64,000 nucleotides of DNA, from NCBI RefSeq assembly GCF_006345805.1, contig NC_042998.1:55800001-55864000 (forward strand), given 5' to 3'. Below the pieces are notes generated by a model, which searched no databases, had not been told where the DNA came from, and saw nothing but the letters and a program-made list of their open reading frames with translations. Source of the stretch: Octopus sinensis (lineage: Eukaryota). The position numbers and the translations under genes were made by a program. Below are positions 24,543 to 36,296 of this stretch, piece after piece (position 1 is the first letter of the stretch; each line of letters opens with the position of its first letter).

Positions 24543-25104
24543 TGCACTTATATATTTAATAATTCCCTTAATTAATGTCGTTACTGATTGCAACGCAACA
24601 TTGTCTCAATTATATTTTCGTAAATGTTTTCGATAACACTCCCTACAAAATGTTATAACAATACAAAGTTTAAATAAGGAAGTGAATTTCATTTTCTTGC
24701 AGAGAAAACATTTTGTGACAAGTAATTGATTGAATTTCTTTATTTCGAGAAATTTTATTTATAATGTCAATTTTCTCCGGGCCATTGGGCACTGCTACTG
24801 CTGTCAATAGACATAAGATGTAAGTAAAAACACATGTGGTAGTAGTAGTGCAATTAATTTAAAAAGTCCTTTGTGTTTCGTATTTCCTAACATATGTTGA
24901 TGATTCATCTGGAACAACGGCTAATAGGATTTCAGCTGGGCAATTCATGTTCTCAACCCAATTGTTTCAGAAATAACGAACGAACAGTTAGAGAAGAGAC
25001 CGATACTACTACTATCCATATTACTATGGAAACCAAAATTGTAAAGGAACAAGTAAAGCTTGAAAAATTCGTGTGAAAAAATTAATAAATCAATAGATAA
25101 ATTA

Positions 25105-25144
<40 letters not shown>

Positions 25145-25667
25145 CGACGACGACGACAACTAGAACAACAATAATAATAACTGAAAGAAAACACGACAAA
25201 CACGTGTGGACCGGCATGTTACAGAGATAATTGACGTGAAGGGGAAAGAAGACAGATGACATATGACATACAAGTCAATTCAGTACAAGAATCAAATTGA
25301 TGTTCTCTAAGCGTAAAGGACTGTTCACTAGACAGACACAAAAGATTCTCGTGAAGCAAAGCCAAAAGCAAGAGATCAATATATATTTATATCTATTCTA
25401 AGAGACATATTTTTATTCACAAAAAACAAAAGACGAAGTATTTTTTAAAAACAGTTGCTTTATCAGTTTATTTCGTTCTTTGTCGAATTTAATAAAAGAA
25501 AAAAGAAAAGGACTAAATATGTTTAAAATTGGAAAAAGGACTGTAATTAACACTAATTAAAACATAATATTTTTTATGATTTTCAGGAAAATAGGGAATA
25601 ATTCCATGGTTTCATTTTTTTCTTTTTTGTTAGTTTTCACATAAAAATTACAGAGAAATCCTACCTT

Positions 25668-25708
<41 letters not shown>

Positions 25709-25796
25709 GGGGGGGCAATTATTTTGGTATCTACTTCCAGTGGCCACAACGATTTCCCCATTAGTGGGTAGATAGCAAGGACAGAAAGAAGGAAGG

Positions 25797-26207
25797 CGAG
25801 CTGGCAGAAACGTTAGCACGCCGAGCGAAATGCTTAACGGTTTTTTGTCTGCCGCTACGTTCTGAGTTCAAATTCCGCCGAGGTCGACTATGCCTTCCAT
25901 CCTTTCGGGGTCGATTAAATAAGTACCAGTTACGCACTGGTGTCGATATAATCGACTTAATCCGTTTGTCTGTCTTTGTTTGTCCCCTCTGTGTGTAGCC
26001 CCTTGTGGGCCAGTAAAGAAATATGTATTTCGTCTGCCGCTACGTTCTGAGTTCAAATTCCGCCGAGGTCGACTTTGCCTTTCATCCTTTCAGGGTCGAT
26101 TAAATAAGTACCAGTTACGCACTGGGGTCGATATAATCAACTTAATCCGTTTGTCTGTCCTTGTTTGTTCTCTCTGTGTGTAGCCCCTTGTGGACAGTAA
26201 AGAAATA
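25797..26207 (+). mobile_element. SINE-A head plus two tandem bodies (185-bp period) inside one TSD
   Basis: TSD AGAAAGAAGGAAGG at 25783-25796 and 26208-26221; internal junction gaaata|tgtatttcg at about 26024. Confidence 0.9.
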
Positions 26208-26602
26208 AGAAAGAAGGAAGGAATAACCTACCGAAATTATTGACACCTGATATTTTAATAAGAAACCAAAGAATATTCTTTTCATAATCAAGCCGTTCAC
26301 AACAGTTTGTATTGTCTTTAAGATTATATTTATATCCGTTAATACAATGCGAGTCATAAAAGGCAATCGGTATATACGTACGTATATATGTACACACACA
26401 CATAGTTAAAATCATAGTTTTATTCGGTTTATAGCTGTATACATTGAAGCACTCTGAGCAAACCATGTCCACAGTTATTGGCTAACATCAGATGTTAACA
26501 TCAGGTAGCCAATAACTATATATATATATATAATTTTTTTTGTTTTCATAATGAGATAAAAAACCAAGGCTGTGTAGATTTTAGAACATTTATAGACAGA
26601 AA

Positions 26603-26650
26603 GTCTTACAGATGTTTCCAGGATATTTATTATATCCCTTCATCGGAGAC
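26603..26650 (-). ncRNA. Degenerate hammerhead motif, family H3
   Basis: GTCT-CCGATGA-A-GGGATAT aataa ATATCCT-G-GAAAC-ATCT-GT-A-AGAC; stem I GTCT/AGAC; U4 mutated to C. Confidence 0.6.
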
Positions 26651-26699
26651 GGTATGAGTGGATGGCTAAATGATAGTTAAATTAGATAAGATGCAAAAT

Positions 26700-27075
26700 A
26701 GGCACAAGAGTGGCCGAGTAGTAAGAAGCTTCCTTCCTAACAACATTGTTCCGCGTTCAGTCCCACTGCGTGGCACTTTGGGCAAGTGTCTTCTGCTACA
26801 GCCTCGGATCGACCAAAGCCTGGATTTGGTGGATGGAAACTGAAAGAAGCCCGTCGTATATATATATATGTGTGTGTGTTTGTCTGTGTTTGTCTCCGCA
26901 CCATCGCTTGACAACTGATGCTGGTGTGTTTACGTCCCAGTAACTTAGCGGTTCGGTATAAGAAGCCGATAGAATAAGTGCTAGGCTTACAAAGAATAAG
27001 TCCTGGGATCGATTTGTTCGACTAATGGCGGTGCTGCAGTGTGGCCGCAGTCAAATTACTGAAACAAGTAAAAGG
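26700..27075 (+). mobile_element. Full-length SINE-B
   Basis: tRNA-like head (ggcacaagagtggccgagtagtaag...gttcagtcccac), body cttagcggttcgg...gatagaataagt, tail gaaacaagtaaaag. Confidence 0.88.
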
Positions 27076-27114
27076 AAAAATAAAAGAAATATATATATAT
27101 ATATTACTCTTCTA

Positions 27115-27261
27115 CTCTTTTTACTTGTTTCAGTCCACTCACAAGGCTTTGGACGGCCCGAAGCTATAGTGGAAGACACTTGCCCAAGGTGCCACGCAAT
27201 GGGACTGAACCGGAACCATGTGGTTGGTAAGCAAGCTACTTACCGCACAGCCACACCTGCG

Positions 27262-27265
<4 letters not shown>
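27115..27265 (-). mobile_element. Internally deleted SINE-B, inverted relative to 26700-27075
   Basis: Tail joined directly to head on the minus strand. Confidence 0.75.
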
Positions 27266-27314
<49 letters not shown>

Positions 27315-27316
<2 letters not shown>

Positions 27317-27518
27317 AGCGAAAACACCTAAAGGCTCCGCGAGGCTCCGGCAGGGGGTGGTGATCCCTGCTGTTCTCTTTCACCACTCTTTCTTCTGTTG
27401 GCCTGCTCGCTTAGCCAGTGGGGTGGCGTCATTCGAAGGCTAAAACAATGCGAACGCATTGTGACCAGCGATGTGTAACTGCATCTGATGGACTGGTCGG
27501 TCACGTGATCACGTGATA
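27315..27518 (+). mobile_element. 5'-truncated SINE-C
   Basis: Matches 41947-42170. Confidence 0.85.
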
Positions 27519-27534
27519 TATAGATATATATATT

Positions 27535-28440
27535 AGACAAAAAGAGATAACAAAGCTAGGCTATGAGGAGTTTTCAGAACATTTATTTATAAGGAAAGAG
27601 ATATAGATATAGACTTACAGCTGTTTCTGAGATATTATGGATATTCCTTCATCAGAGACGATGTGAGATGGTTAAAATGAGGTAAATGTTTGAGTTCGAA
27701 ATAAGGAATTATTATGGAAAAGGAGGAGATAGGGAATACAGAGGGAAATAAAAGAATGAAAGTAGAAATAAAATATAAAACATTGTAGTTGCAGTTCCAT
27801 TATTCGAGTAAAGTGATGTATAGAAGTGGTAAAAAGTTTCCTGTATATGGTAAGTTCCAATAGTAGTTCATGTTTAGTTATTTCTAAGTATCGAGCCGTG
27901 GTATCTGTGTTGCTCATTCTATGGAGGTTTGTGGTGTGAATGAAAATTTGAGAATGTATTGCTAGTATTTGTGGATAGATGGGGGGGATATGTCTATGAT
28001 TAGAATGAGGAGATAGGTCAAAATGGAGACAGGAAGAGAAAATGAGAGGAAGAAAGAGAGAAAAAAGAAAAAGGACAAAAATAAAAAGAGAGAGAGAAGA
28101 AAAGTGAAAAGAATGAAAGAAAAGAAAAGAAAAGTAAAGAAAAGGTGAAGGAAGTGCAAAAAGGAGTGTTAGTTAGCGGTCAAGAAATGTGAGGGGAGGA
28201 TGGGAAAGGAGTTGGGAGGGGTGGATAAAAAAAATGAAAAGCTAAGGAATGAATAAGTGTGATATGCGTGAGTAGGAGTGATATGATAGGGCTATATTAA
28301 GGGATGGGTAGAGAAAAGGTAAGGGTGGGTTGATACCAAAGTGAGTAGTAGTTTTAGGAATAAAATTTAAAGTAGGGAAGAATACAAGGATGTCAAATTC
28401 CTGTAAATAGACGTATGTGATAGGTAGGAATATACACACA
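27535..28440 (-). mobile_element. Hammerhead-bearing Penelope-like relic, family H3
   Basis: 3' part homologous to 26530-26700; purine-rich plus strand; TA-rich left flank. No clear coding motif. Confidence 0.5.
27612..27659 (-). ncRNA. Hammerhead motif, family H3
   Basis: GTCT-CTGATGA-A-GGAATAT ccata ATATCTC-A-GAAAC-AGCT-GT-A-AGTC; palindromic stem III ACAGCTGT, GUA site. Confidence 0.65.
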
Positions 28441-29691
28441 TATATCACTTCAAATACTACTTAAAGTAAGAGAAAATTCCCCTTGACATTCTCCTCAATC
28501 GTGATAATGCTAAACTGATACCTCTACTTTTCTTTGGGGAGGTGTTAATTATTATAGGTGATTTTATCTCGTATTAACGAGGCTGGTCATCGAGTAACTA
28601 GAACAAAAGATTATGTAATTTGATGTTCTGGTAAGTATATGTTAAGTGAAAATTCTTGAATGTATAATACCCGTTTCCTGTATATCAAAGCATTTTAAAA
28701 AGATAATAATATGCTACTTGACAGATCATTGACTGTGTTTATAAATGTAAAGTTACTTAGTTTTTCATGACCACTTTTTACATTGTTATTTTGATATATC
28801 TACCTCAAATATGCTGATTGTACTTATCTAACATTTTCTCATAAAGATTTTTAAAATGTGACATCTACATACCGTTATACAAATAATTCAGGACTTAGAA
28901 TTGATATATATGTTAATGATGATGAAAAAAATCTGATTGATAAATGATGATGTAATAATTCATGTTTATGTAAATATTTTATTTCTAAAAAATAGCAGTG
29001 TAGATTTTTATATTTGATTGCTAACGATAAGTTAGCATACATTTTGAGAAAACATATTTTCATCATAGTATTACTAGTTTAAGGTGTCTTGCTATAAACA
29101 CTCAGTAGAAATTCTGTTACAAAATGCGAAAATATATCTGAAAAGCTACGAGTAACGAGAGATCCTCTATGGGATCTGCTAACAATTCCCTTCAAATTAC
29201 ACAGATTACATCTTAGAAAAGAAAGCATACTTAATAATATAAAATATTATTCATAAAAACAAGACAGGTCGGTCATGTTTGGAAAATATTGGGGCATAGA
29301 TTCATGTTTGGAAAATATTGGGGCATAGATCAACTCAAACAAGTATTGACCTAGGGAAACTAACAATAAAAGGGGTTAATAGAATAATCTATATAGCAAT
29401 ATAGACGAAAGAAATCACTTAGCTAATCAGCTTTATACAGATCCGTTATAAATTACCCAAATATATTTATCAACAAAAATAGATGTTAACAAAGTAATTG
29501 TTATTGCATTGGAAGAATATGCATGAAATTAACCAATAACCTGGAGTTCAAAACAGTAAAACAAAATTATGTATACCGTGATCTATCATTATAGATTTAT
29601 TGACTGAATAAAAACCGACTCAAACTAATAAAAAAAATTGAACGAGTGGATTGAATAAATAAGCAGATATGCAATCCGATATAGATATAAA

Positions 29692-30890
29692 CAGGGTGTT
29701 CCGAAAAATGTATACACTCTCTAAAAGTTGATAACTCAATTCGATTATTTTACAGATTTAAATCATTAGCAATAATGATTTCAAATTTTGGCACAAGGCC
29801 AGCAATTTCGATGGAAAGAGTAGGTCGATTACATCGAGCCCAGTGCTCAACTGGTGCTTATTTTATCGTCTTCGAAAGGATGAAAGGCAAAGTCTACCTC
29901 AACGGGATTTGAACTCAAATCGTGAAAACGGACGAAATACAGCTAAATATTTTGCTCGGCGTGCTAATGATTCTACCAGTTCGCCGCCTTGCTATTTACA
30001 ATAATGAAGTAAGTCAGATTAAGCTTTAAACAAAGGAAATGTATCATAGTGTTACTGGACGTCTGAAAACGCAATCGAAATATAAATACTTTAGCGGGGT
30101 ATACCAAATAGATATTCCCCTTCATGACTTACAATCCAGTTGAATTAGAGATAAGTTTGAAGTAGGTAAAATTTTTCAGATTCTCCGCAAGAAACATTCT
30201 GGAAGATCGCAACATCGACTAGCGCCACAAAATAGACAAGGGTATTGGAAAAGTATTGCCAGAGTTCAAAAATAAATCTATGCAGCAAGCGAATCGTGAG
30301 ATAGAATTTTCAAAATCAAGCGACAATTGGATTTTGAAGCATTGTCATTGGACAAGTTACATTCCAAATACAGCCCATGCTCACAAGAAGATGATTCGAA
30401 CCGAAGAATGGTGATTTGCGGGCTATACTTGGCAAAATGTGTTAGAAAGCTGCCCTTTCCAACAATATTGTTTGGAGTGATGAAGCTACAGTCAAACTGA
30501 ATGGTTCAGGGAACCAGTAATGAGATTTTGCCAGACATGTAGATTGCGCGAGAATACCCTCCGCGTTTACCTCGAAACACTAGATTTTTTTTTTTTTTTT
30601 GTATGGGAATAGTTAAAAGATAAAGTTTAAGTACAAAACCAGCAACAGTCGATGAATTGAAGAGAACATGCACAAATACCAACGAAATATTTCTTGGTAT
30701 ATGCGATTCAATAACTTTGTATTATCAGCAGTGCATGAGCCAGAACGGTCAGAAATTTGTAAACAAACGTTCATAAGAAAATTAAATTCTGTCTGTAGAT
30801 TCTATTAAAACTTTGAAAATGAAATTAATTTTAATAAACACTGATTTTATAATCATTCAATATGTGCACATACATTATTGAGACACCTTG
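29692..30890 (+). mobile_element. Tc1/mariner-superfamily transposon relic, interrupted by SINE-A (29779-29990, minus)
   Basis: Imperfect TIRs CAGGGTGTT...ATGTATACAC / GTGCACATACAT...ACACCTTG; NIVWSDEATVKLNGSGN at about 30464-30514 and a degenerate PPRSPDLTPLDFFLWG. Confidence 0.8.
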
Positions 30891-31864
30891 TGTGTGTATG
30901 TGTGTATACATACATACATTAATATATATATGTGTCTGTGTGTGTGTGTGCATACCTCGATTGTATTATCTTGGTTTCTCTAGTTCGTTATCTAACATCA
31001 AATTCAGACTTCTGTATAAACCACTTAATACACTCTTTTTTATTCATTTTAAATAATATTAACTATCTGAGCCTCAGTGTGGCTCCAGTAAAGATCGCAT
31101 TCATTAAAGAAGAATATTGAATAAAAAAAGTTTTTTTTTTCAAAATCTGTAAAATACGCCATTAATATTTGCATAATTTTAATCAAGTATTAGATCTTAT
31201 TAACTCACATAATACATAACATATATTTTCTCTATTTTATTATATACATGAAAACGGATAATCTCAGTTCCTATTGTACATGACAAAATTAGAAAGAAAA
31301 TGCTGCTTTTTTTAAAAAAATAATTAGAAAATTGTCCTCATAAGAAAAAGAATAGAAAAGAAAGAAAATGGTCAATTCAAAATTACTTCCCAAAATTATT
31401 CTACATATGATATAAATATTGATAAAGAAGAATGCAAGAAGGTAGAAATTAATAGAAAATCATAATATCAAGAAGGAGACATTGAAAGAAAATCATAACA
31501 GCGTTGAATGTAATAAAAGAACAATAGCGTTTTCTATATTTAACACCCAAAAGCTTGTAATAATCAGATCCAGAACCAATAAATAAAAGGTCAATATTAC
31601 AATATTCTTAATCACACTCTCTCCCTCCCCTCTCTTTGTTGTACATATATGCATGTATGTGTGTATGTATATATATATATATATATATAAATATATATAT
31701 GTCTGTATGCATGTATGTATGTATGTATGTATACACACACACGCAAACACATGTGTATTCATGTATGTATATATTATATATATATATATACACACACACA
31801 CATATACATATATATACGTGTGTATATCTATCTACATATATATACATATACATACATAGGCGTG

Positions 31865-31895
<31 letters not shown>

Positions 31896-31929
31896 ATGTA
31901 TTATGTGTGTATGTATGTATGTATGGGCT

Positions 31930-32632
31930 AAGAAAATGTCAGTGGGATAGAGTGTTTTTCTCAGATTTGCATTATTTTCAGACAGTGAACGTGTTTGGGT
32001 CTGGAGGCTTCCTAATCAAGAATTTGATTTGAAACGACTCCAACCAACTGTCAAAACATGACGGTATCTCTGTAATGGTATGGAGAGCTGTCACCAGCAA
32101 TGGTTGTTCTGAGCTGATCGAATGTGTCGGAACCATAAACTCTGAAAAATAAATCGAAATATTTAAGCAAGGACAACCTTCGATGTATTTACACGACAGC
32201 ATAACGAAAATTGAGTTTTTATTCATGGAAGATGGGGCTCCATGGCACACAGAGAAAAGGAATCAACAATGACTGACTGGAAATGGGATCAAAAAGTTTC
32301 CTTGGCCGAGCCAATCTCATGATATGAACCCAATTGAAAATCTTTGGAGTATACTAGATAGAGCTATACGAAAAACTCGACAGAAACCTAAATCTAAAGA
32401 TGAATTGTTTCGACCGTTACATGAAAAGTGGGCAGAAATTCCACAAGAGACAATCACAAAGCTCATCAGTTCAATGCCAAAAAGTGTTTCTGAATTAAAA
32501 ACTGCAATGGGAATGTCAACTAAATACTAAAGTATGTAGTCCTACCTAACGATTACACTTCAATTGTTCGCTTTGTGTATTAAGTAAAAGATTTTGAAAA
32601 TTAAAGGTGTCTATTTATTTTCAGCATGTCTG
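31930..32632 (+). mobile_element. Tc1 (DD34E-type) transposon 3' half
   Basis: [43 protein letters not shown]...GMSTKY*; ends ...CTG followed by TA. Confidence 0.9.
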
Positions 32633-32654
32633 TATATATATATATATATATACA

Positions 32655-33272
32655 CACTGTCTTTTACTACCCGCCATTGCTTCTTCACCAAACTTTTTGG
32701 CGCCCTCCGATTCTTCCCCTCTCTTCCTCCCATCCTCCTTAATCCCTTCTTTCTCCTCTCTTGGTCACTGATTCTGTCCCCTGCCTTCCACCCTCTTTGA
32801 TTCCCTCTCTCTCTGTCTCTCTTTCTCTCTCTCCTGCGACCTGCTGCTTCTTCAACCATTCTGTTGGCCTTCGTATCTCGACCAACATGTGTCCCCGCTA
32901 CCGAAACGGTAATTATTTCTACGCCAGCTGCTATGTTGTTGTTGTTTTGTCTCATTTGGTCTAAAGTCGTATGACAACACCGTTATATATGTTTTGTTTT
33001 TTCATTACTGTTTTCAATTTCGTTTTCGTCTCTTGTATTCACATCCGTCTTGTGCGTTCACATTCCTGTCTTCTACCAAGAAATCTAATGCTTACAGCTT
33101 AGTTTTTTTTCTTGGGGCTGGCCGAGTTGGAGCAAATATCAGAATTGAACAGCCGAAATTTGCTATGATGATTCAGTGTCTGACTGAAGATTGAAGGCTT
33201 CGAATGATTTGTCTGTGTTCCGTGTTCGTCCCTTCCTGTATTTCACGTTCATTATATATAAAAACATTCATT

Positions 33273-33275
<3 letters not shown>
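32655..33275 (+). mobile_element. Pyrimidine-rich Penelope-like relic flanked by (TA)n
   Basis: Composition and TA flanks resemble the hammerhead repeats; only a degenerate core at 33184-33216. Confidence 0.35.
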
Positions 33276-33321
<46 letters not shown>

Positions 33322-33549
33322 TAGAAATATTAAAATAACTAAGTCTCTCTAAAAGAGAACAGCGGCAGCGTTCCCGGAAAATAATAGTTATCGCCATACT
33401 AATATGGCATTCTTATAAAAATAAGAAAAAAGCTGTCCGCTTATTAGCTCCATGAGGCCATCGCCTTAAGTTAGCTATTTGATACACAAACTGTATCCAT
33501 ATAACCCTCGAACAAGGGAGGTCAGTCGCTCCACACTACTTGACCGGCA

Positions 33550-33591
33550 GCTACAGACGCGTTTCGGGGTATTGCCCCTTTTCAATGCAGC
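33550..33591 (-). ncRNA. Minimal type I hammerhead, U3-A8 core (family H4)
   Basis: Exact reverse complement of 33823-33864. Confidence 0.82.
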
Positions 33592-33822
33592 GTAGCCAGC
33601 CAGTAGGTGTCGCTTCCGACAATCTCTGTTCGATGGTTTTATTTACCTAGTTTCATAATAATAACTATTATTTTCCGGGAACGCTGCCGCTGTTCTCTTT
33701 TAGAGAGACTTAGTTATTTTAATATTTCTATTATTGAAAACAAGTGGATGTATTCCACTGAAACTAGGTAAATAAAACCATCGAACAGAGATTGTCGGAA
33801 GCGACACCTACTGGCTGGCTAC

Positions 33823-33864
33823 GCTGCATTGAAAAGGGGCAATACCCCGAAACGCGTCTGTAGC
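33823..33864 (+). ncRNA. Minimal type I hammerhead, U3-A8 core (family H4)
   Basis: GCTGCA-TTGAAAA-GGGG caata CCCC-GAAAC-GC-GT-C-TGTAGC; 6-bp stem I, 4 G-C stem II, palindromic ACGCGT, GUC site at 33856-33858. Confidence 0.82.
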
Positions 33865-34044
33865 TGCCGGTCAAGTAGTGTGGAGCGACTGACCTCCCTT
33901 GTTCGAAGGTTATATGGATACAGTTTGTGTATCAAATAGCTAACTTAAGGCGATGGCTCATGGAGCTAATAAGCGGACAGCTTTTTCTTATTTTTATAAG
34001 AATGCCATATTAGTATGGCGATAACTATTATATACATATATATA

Positions 34045-34525
34045 TATAACTTTTATCTTTTACTTGTTTCGGTCTTTGGACTGCGGCCATGCTGGAGCAC
34101 TACCTTGAAGCGTTTCGTCGAATAAATCTACCCCACTACTTATTATAAAGCCTGATACTCATTCTATCAGTCTCTTTTGTAACCATGTCGTTTCGGGTTC
34201 AGTCCCAAGGCCTGGTGTCTTGAGCAAGTGTCTTCTTGCTCAGCCCCTTGCCGACCAATGTTTGTGAGTGAATTTGGTAGACGCAAACTATGTGGAAGCT
34301 CGCTGTGTATGTGTTTATGTGCATATGTTTACATTTATGTGTGTTTGTTCCTGCCTCTGTTGACAACCAGTATTGGTTCGTTGACGTTCCATAATTTAGC
34401 TGCTCGGTCAAAAGCACTGATAGAATAAGTACCAGATTTAAGATAAGTCCTGGGGTCGGTTTGTTCGACGAAATCTTCAAAGCAGCATTCCTGATTGACC
34501 GAAATCCAATGATCGAAACAAGCAG
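34045..34525. mobile_element. SINE-B tail (minus, 34045-34170) next to SINE-B (plus, 34185-34525)
   Basis: Shared SINE-B body and tail motifs. Confidence 0.7.
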
Positions 34526-34838
34526 AAGTGTAAAAAAGTTCTCCGTCTATAATATATAATATATTATTATATATGTGTGTATGCATATAAATGTATGTGT
34601 GTGGTTTCTTCTATATCTCTCTATCACTTTCTTTCTTTCTCTCGCTCTTTCTCTCTCGCTCTTTCTCTCTCGCTCTCTCTGTCTCTCTTTCTCACACACA
34701 GACATACACTCTCATTAGTTTCTCCTTTTCCACTCCTTACCCAGATAGGTAGAATCAGATTAATTACCAGCATTGGAAGTCATAGTCATCTACTGGTAAA
34801 CTAGGCCAAGATGTGAGATCCAGATTCAGCAAACTTAC

Positions 34839-34869
34839 TGCTTGCAGAATGACGACGTCTTTCAACAAG
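34839..34869 (-). CDS. Candidate 31-nt exon (LVERRRHSAS)
   Basis: cgtcttatag|CTT...GCA|gtaagt on the minus strand; phase 0 start fits 36288-36296. Confidence 0.3.
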
Positions 34870-35033
34870 CTATAAGACGATTTGTAAACTTACAAAAAAA
34901 GTGTTTTTTTGTTTGTTTTTGTTTATCAGAAAAAAGACTCAATTCTCATAGAATTCTTTCATGATGAGAATTATTTTTGATATTTGTTAAACATATTGGA
35001 GAAACTTAATGAGCTTAATATATTTTTGCGAAA

Positions 35034-35250
35034 AAGGCGACGAACTGGCAGAATCGTTAACACGCCAGGCAAATATGCCTAGCGGCATTTCGCCTGTCTT
35101 CATGTTCTGAGTTCAAACTTCGCCAAAGTCGACTTTGCCTTTCATCCTTCGACGTCGATAAAATAAGTACCAGTTAACCACTGGGGTCGATGTAATCGAC
35201 TTACTCCTTCGTCCGAATTTGCTGGCCTTGTGCCAAAACTTGAAATCAAT
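35034..35250 (+). mobile_element. Full-length SINE-A, tail variant 1
   Basis: aggcgacgaactggcagaatcgttaacacgcc ... ttgtgccaaaacttgaaatc. Confidence 0.88.
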
Positions 35251-36287
35251 TTACTAGCACCCGAAAATATTTCAGGCCTTGTATGTATATATATGTGTGT
35301 ATGTGTGTGTGTGTATGTGTGTGTGTGTGTGTGTGTGCATGCGTGTATGTATGTATATATCGCAGGAAGAAGACAAACATTTTTACTTTGAAAGATGAAA
35401 CCGGAGCGTTCTTGAATGAAATATACCCATGAAAACATTCAAAGGAAATTCATAAATTCTGTTTTTATCTACTGATGATTTTGTATGATAAAACAATTTG
35501 ACTTTAAATACGATTAACCAGATCATAATCACCGTGCATGTGATACTAATGGATTAATAGTTTTACAAGTATTTCTAGCAGACATAAGCAACTATAAATT
35601 AGCTTCTGTCCAAATTCCATTCATTGTAGTAATGAAGCAGGTAAAAAAATTTTATTCAAGGTTCAAAAATTTTTAATTCAAGGTTCAAAACGAGCTGTCA
35701 TAAAATTCAAGATTCAAAACGAGCTGTCATAAAATTCAAGATTCTTAAATTTGAATTTTCAAAAACAAATTTGAGTGGATTTTTTTCCTTTTTTCTTTTT
35801 CTTTTTTTTTTTTGTGGTGGTGGTGGTAGGGGGCTTGATGTGGAATCAGAATTACAAATACCAAGTGAGGTTTGTAGTGGTATTTCTTCTGCTATTTTCT
35901 TCTACACGTATTTTCAGCTTTAACAGGGATACAGAAAAATCAGCGCTAAATTATGAAGGACATAGCAATTCACTGACAAATACCAATCACTCTTTCTGTT
36001 TAATATAATCACATATTCTTTTAGTGCCTATTATATTTAATAAAATTAAAAGAGGTTTTGAAATAAAATTGTGTTAAAATATGAATAGGGAAGTTAAGAA
36101 AAAAATCAACCAGCTAACCAGTAAACATTTCTTAACCCAATAATACGTAACAGTCATTTGTAAAAAGTAATGTTCTTTCCTCTCTCTATCCCTTCTTCAA
36201 CGGATCTGTCTCTCTGAAGCTCAATTAACCCGTCTGCCCTCTTAAAACTTTGTGTCACTCCAACCGAACACCGCACTAAAAACTTAC

Positions 36288-36296
36288 CTGATCCAT
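36288..36296 (-). CDS. Candidate first coding triplets (MDQ) of a minus-strand gene in a CpG-containing segment
   Basis: agtATGGATCAG|gtaagt: Kozak-like context and a consensus donor; upstream 36300-36420 is comparatively CpG-rich. Confidence 0.3.

Larger units (their letters stand above)
33318..34030. mobile_element. Inverted pair of a 360-bp hammerhead-containing monomer (retrozyme/pseudo-LTR-like), family H4
   Basis: 33661-34020 is one monomer (first 10 nt ATAACTATTA repeated at 34021-34030); 33318-33655 is a circularly permuted minus-strand copy; 3 differences seen. Confidence 0.92.

Noticed and set aside
24750-25076. Possible two-exon peptide (ILFIMSIFSGPLGTATAVNRHK-INNERTVREE...)
   Set aside because: Needs an atypical GAG acceptor and cannot be linked to other exons; no homology recognised.
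33184-33216. CTGAAGA-TT-GAAG g CTTC-GAATG...GTC hammerhead-like motif
   Set aside because: GAAA core and stem I are disrupted; at best a decayed relic.
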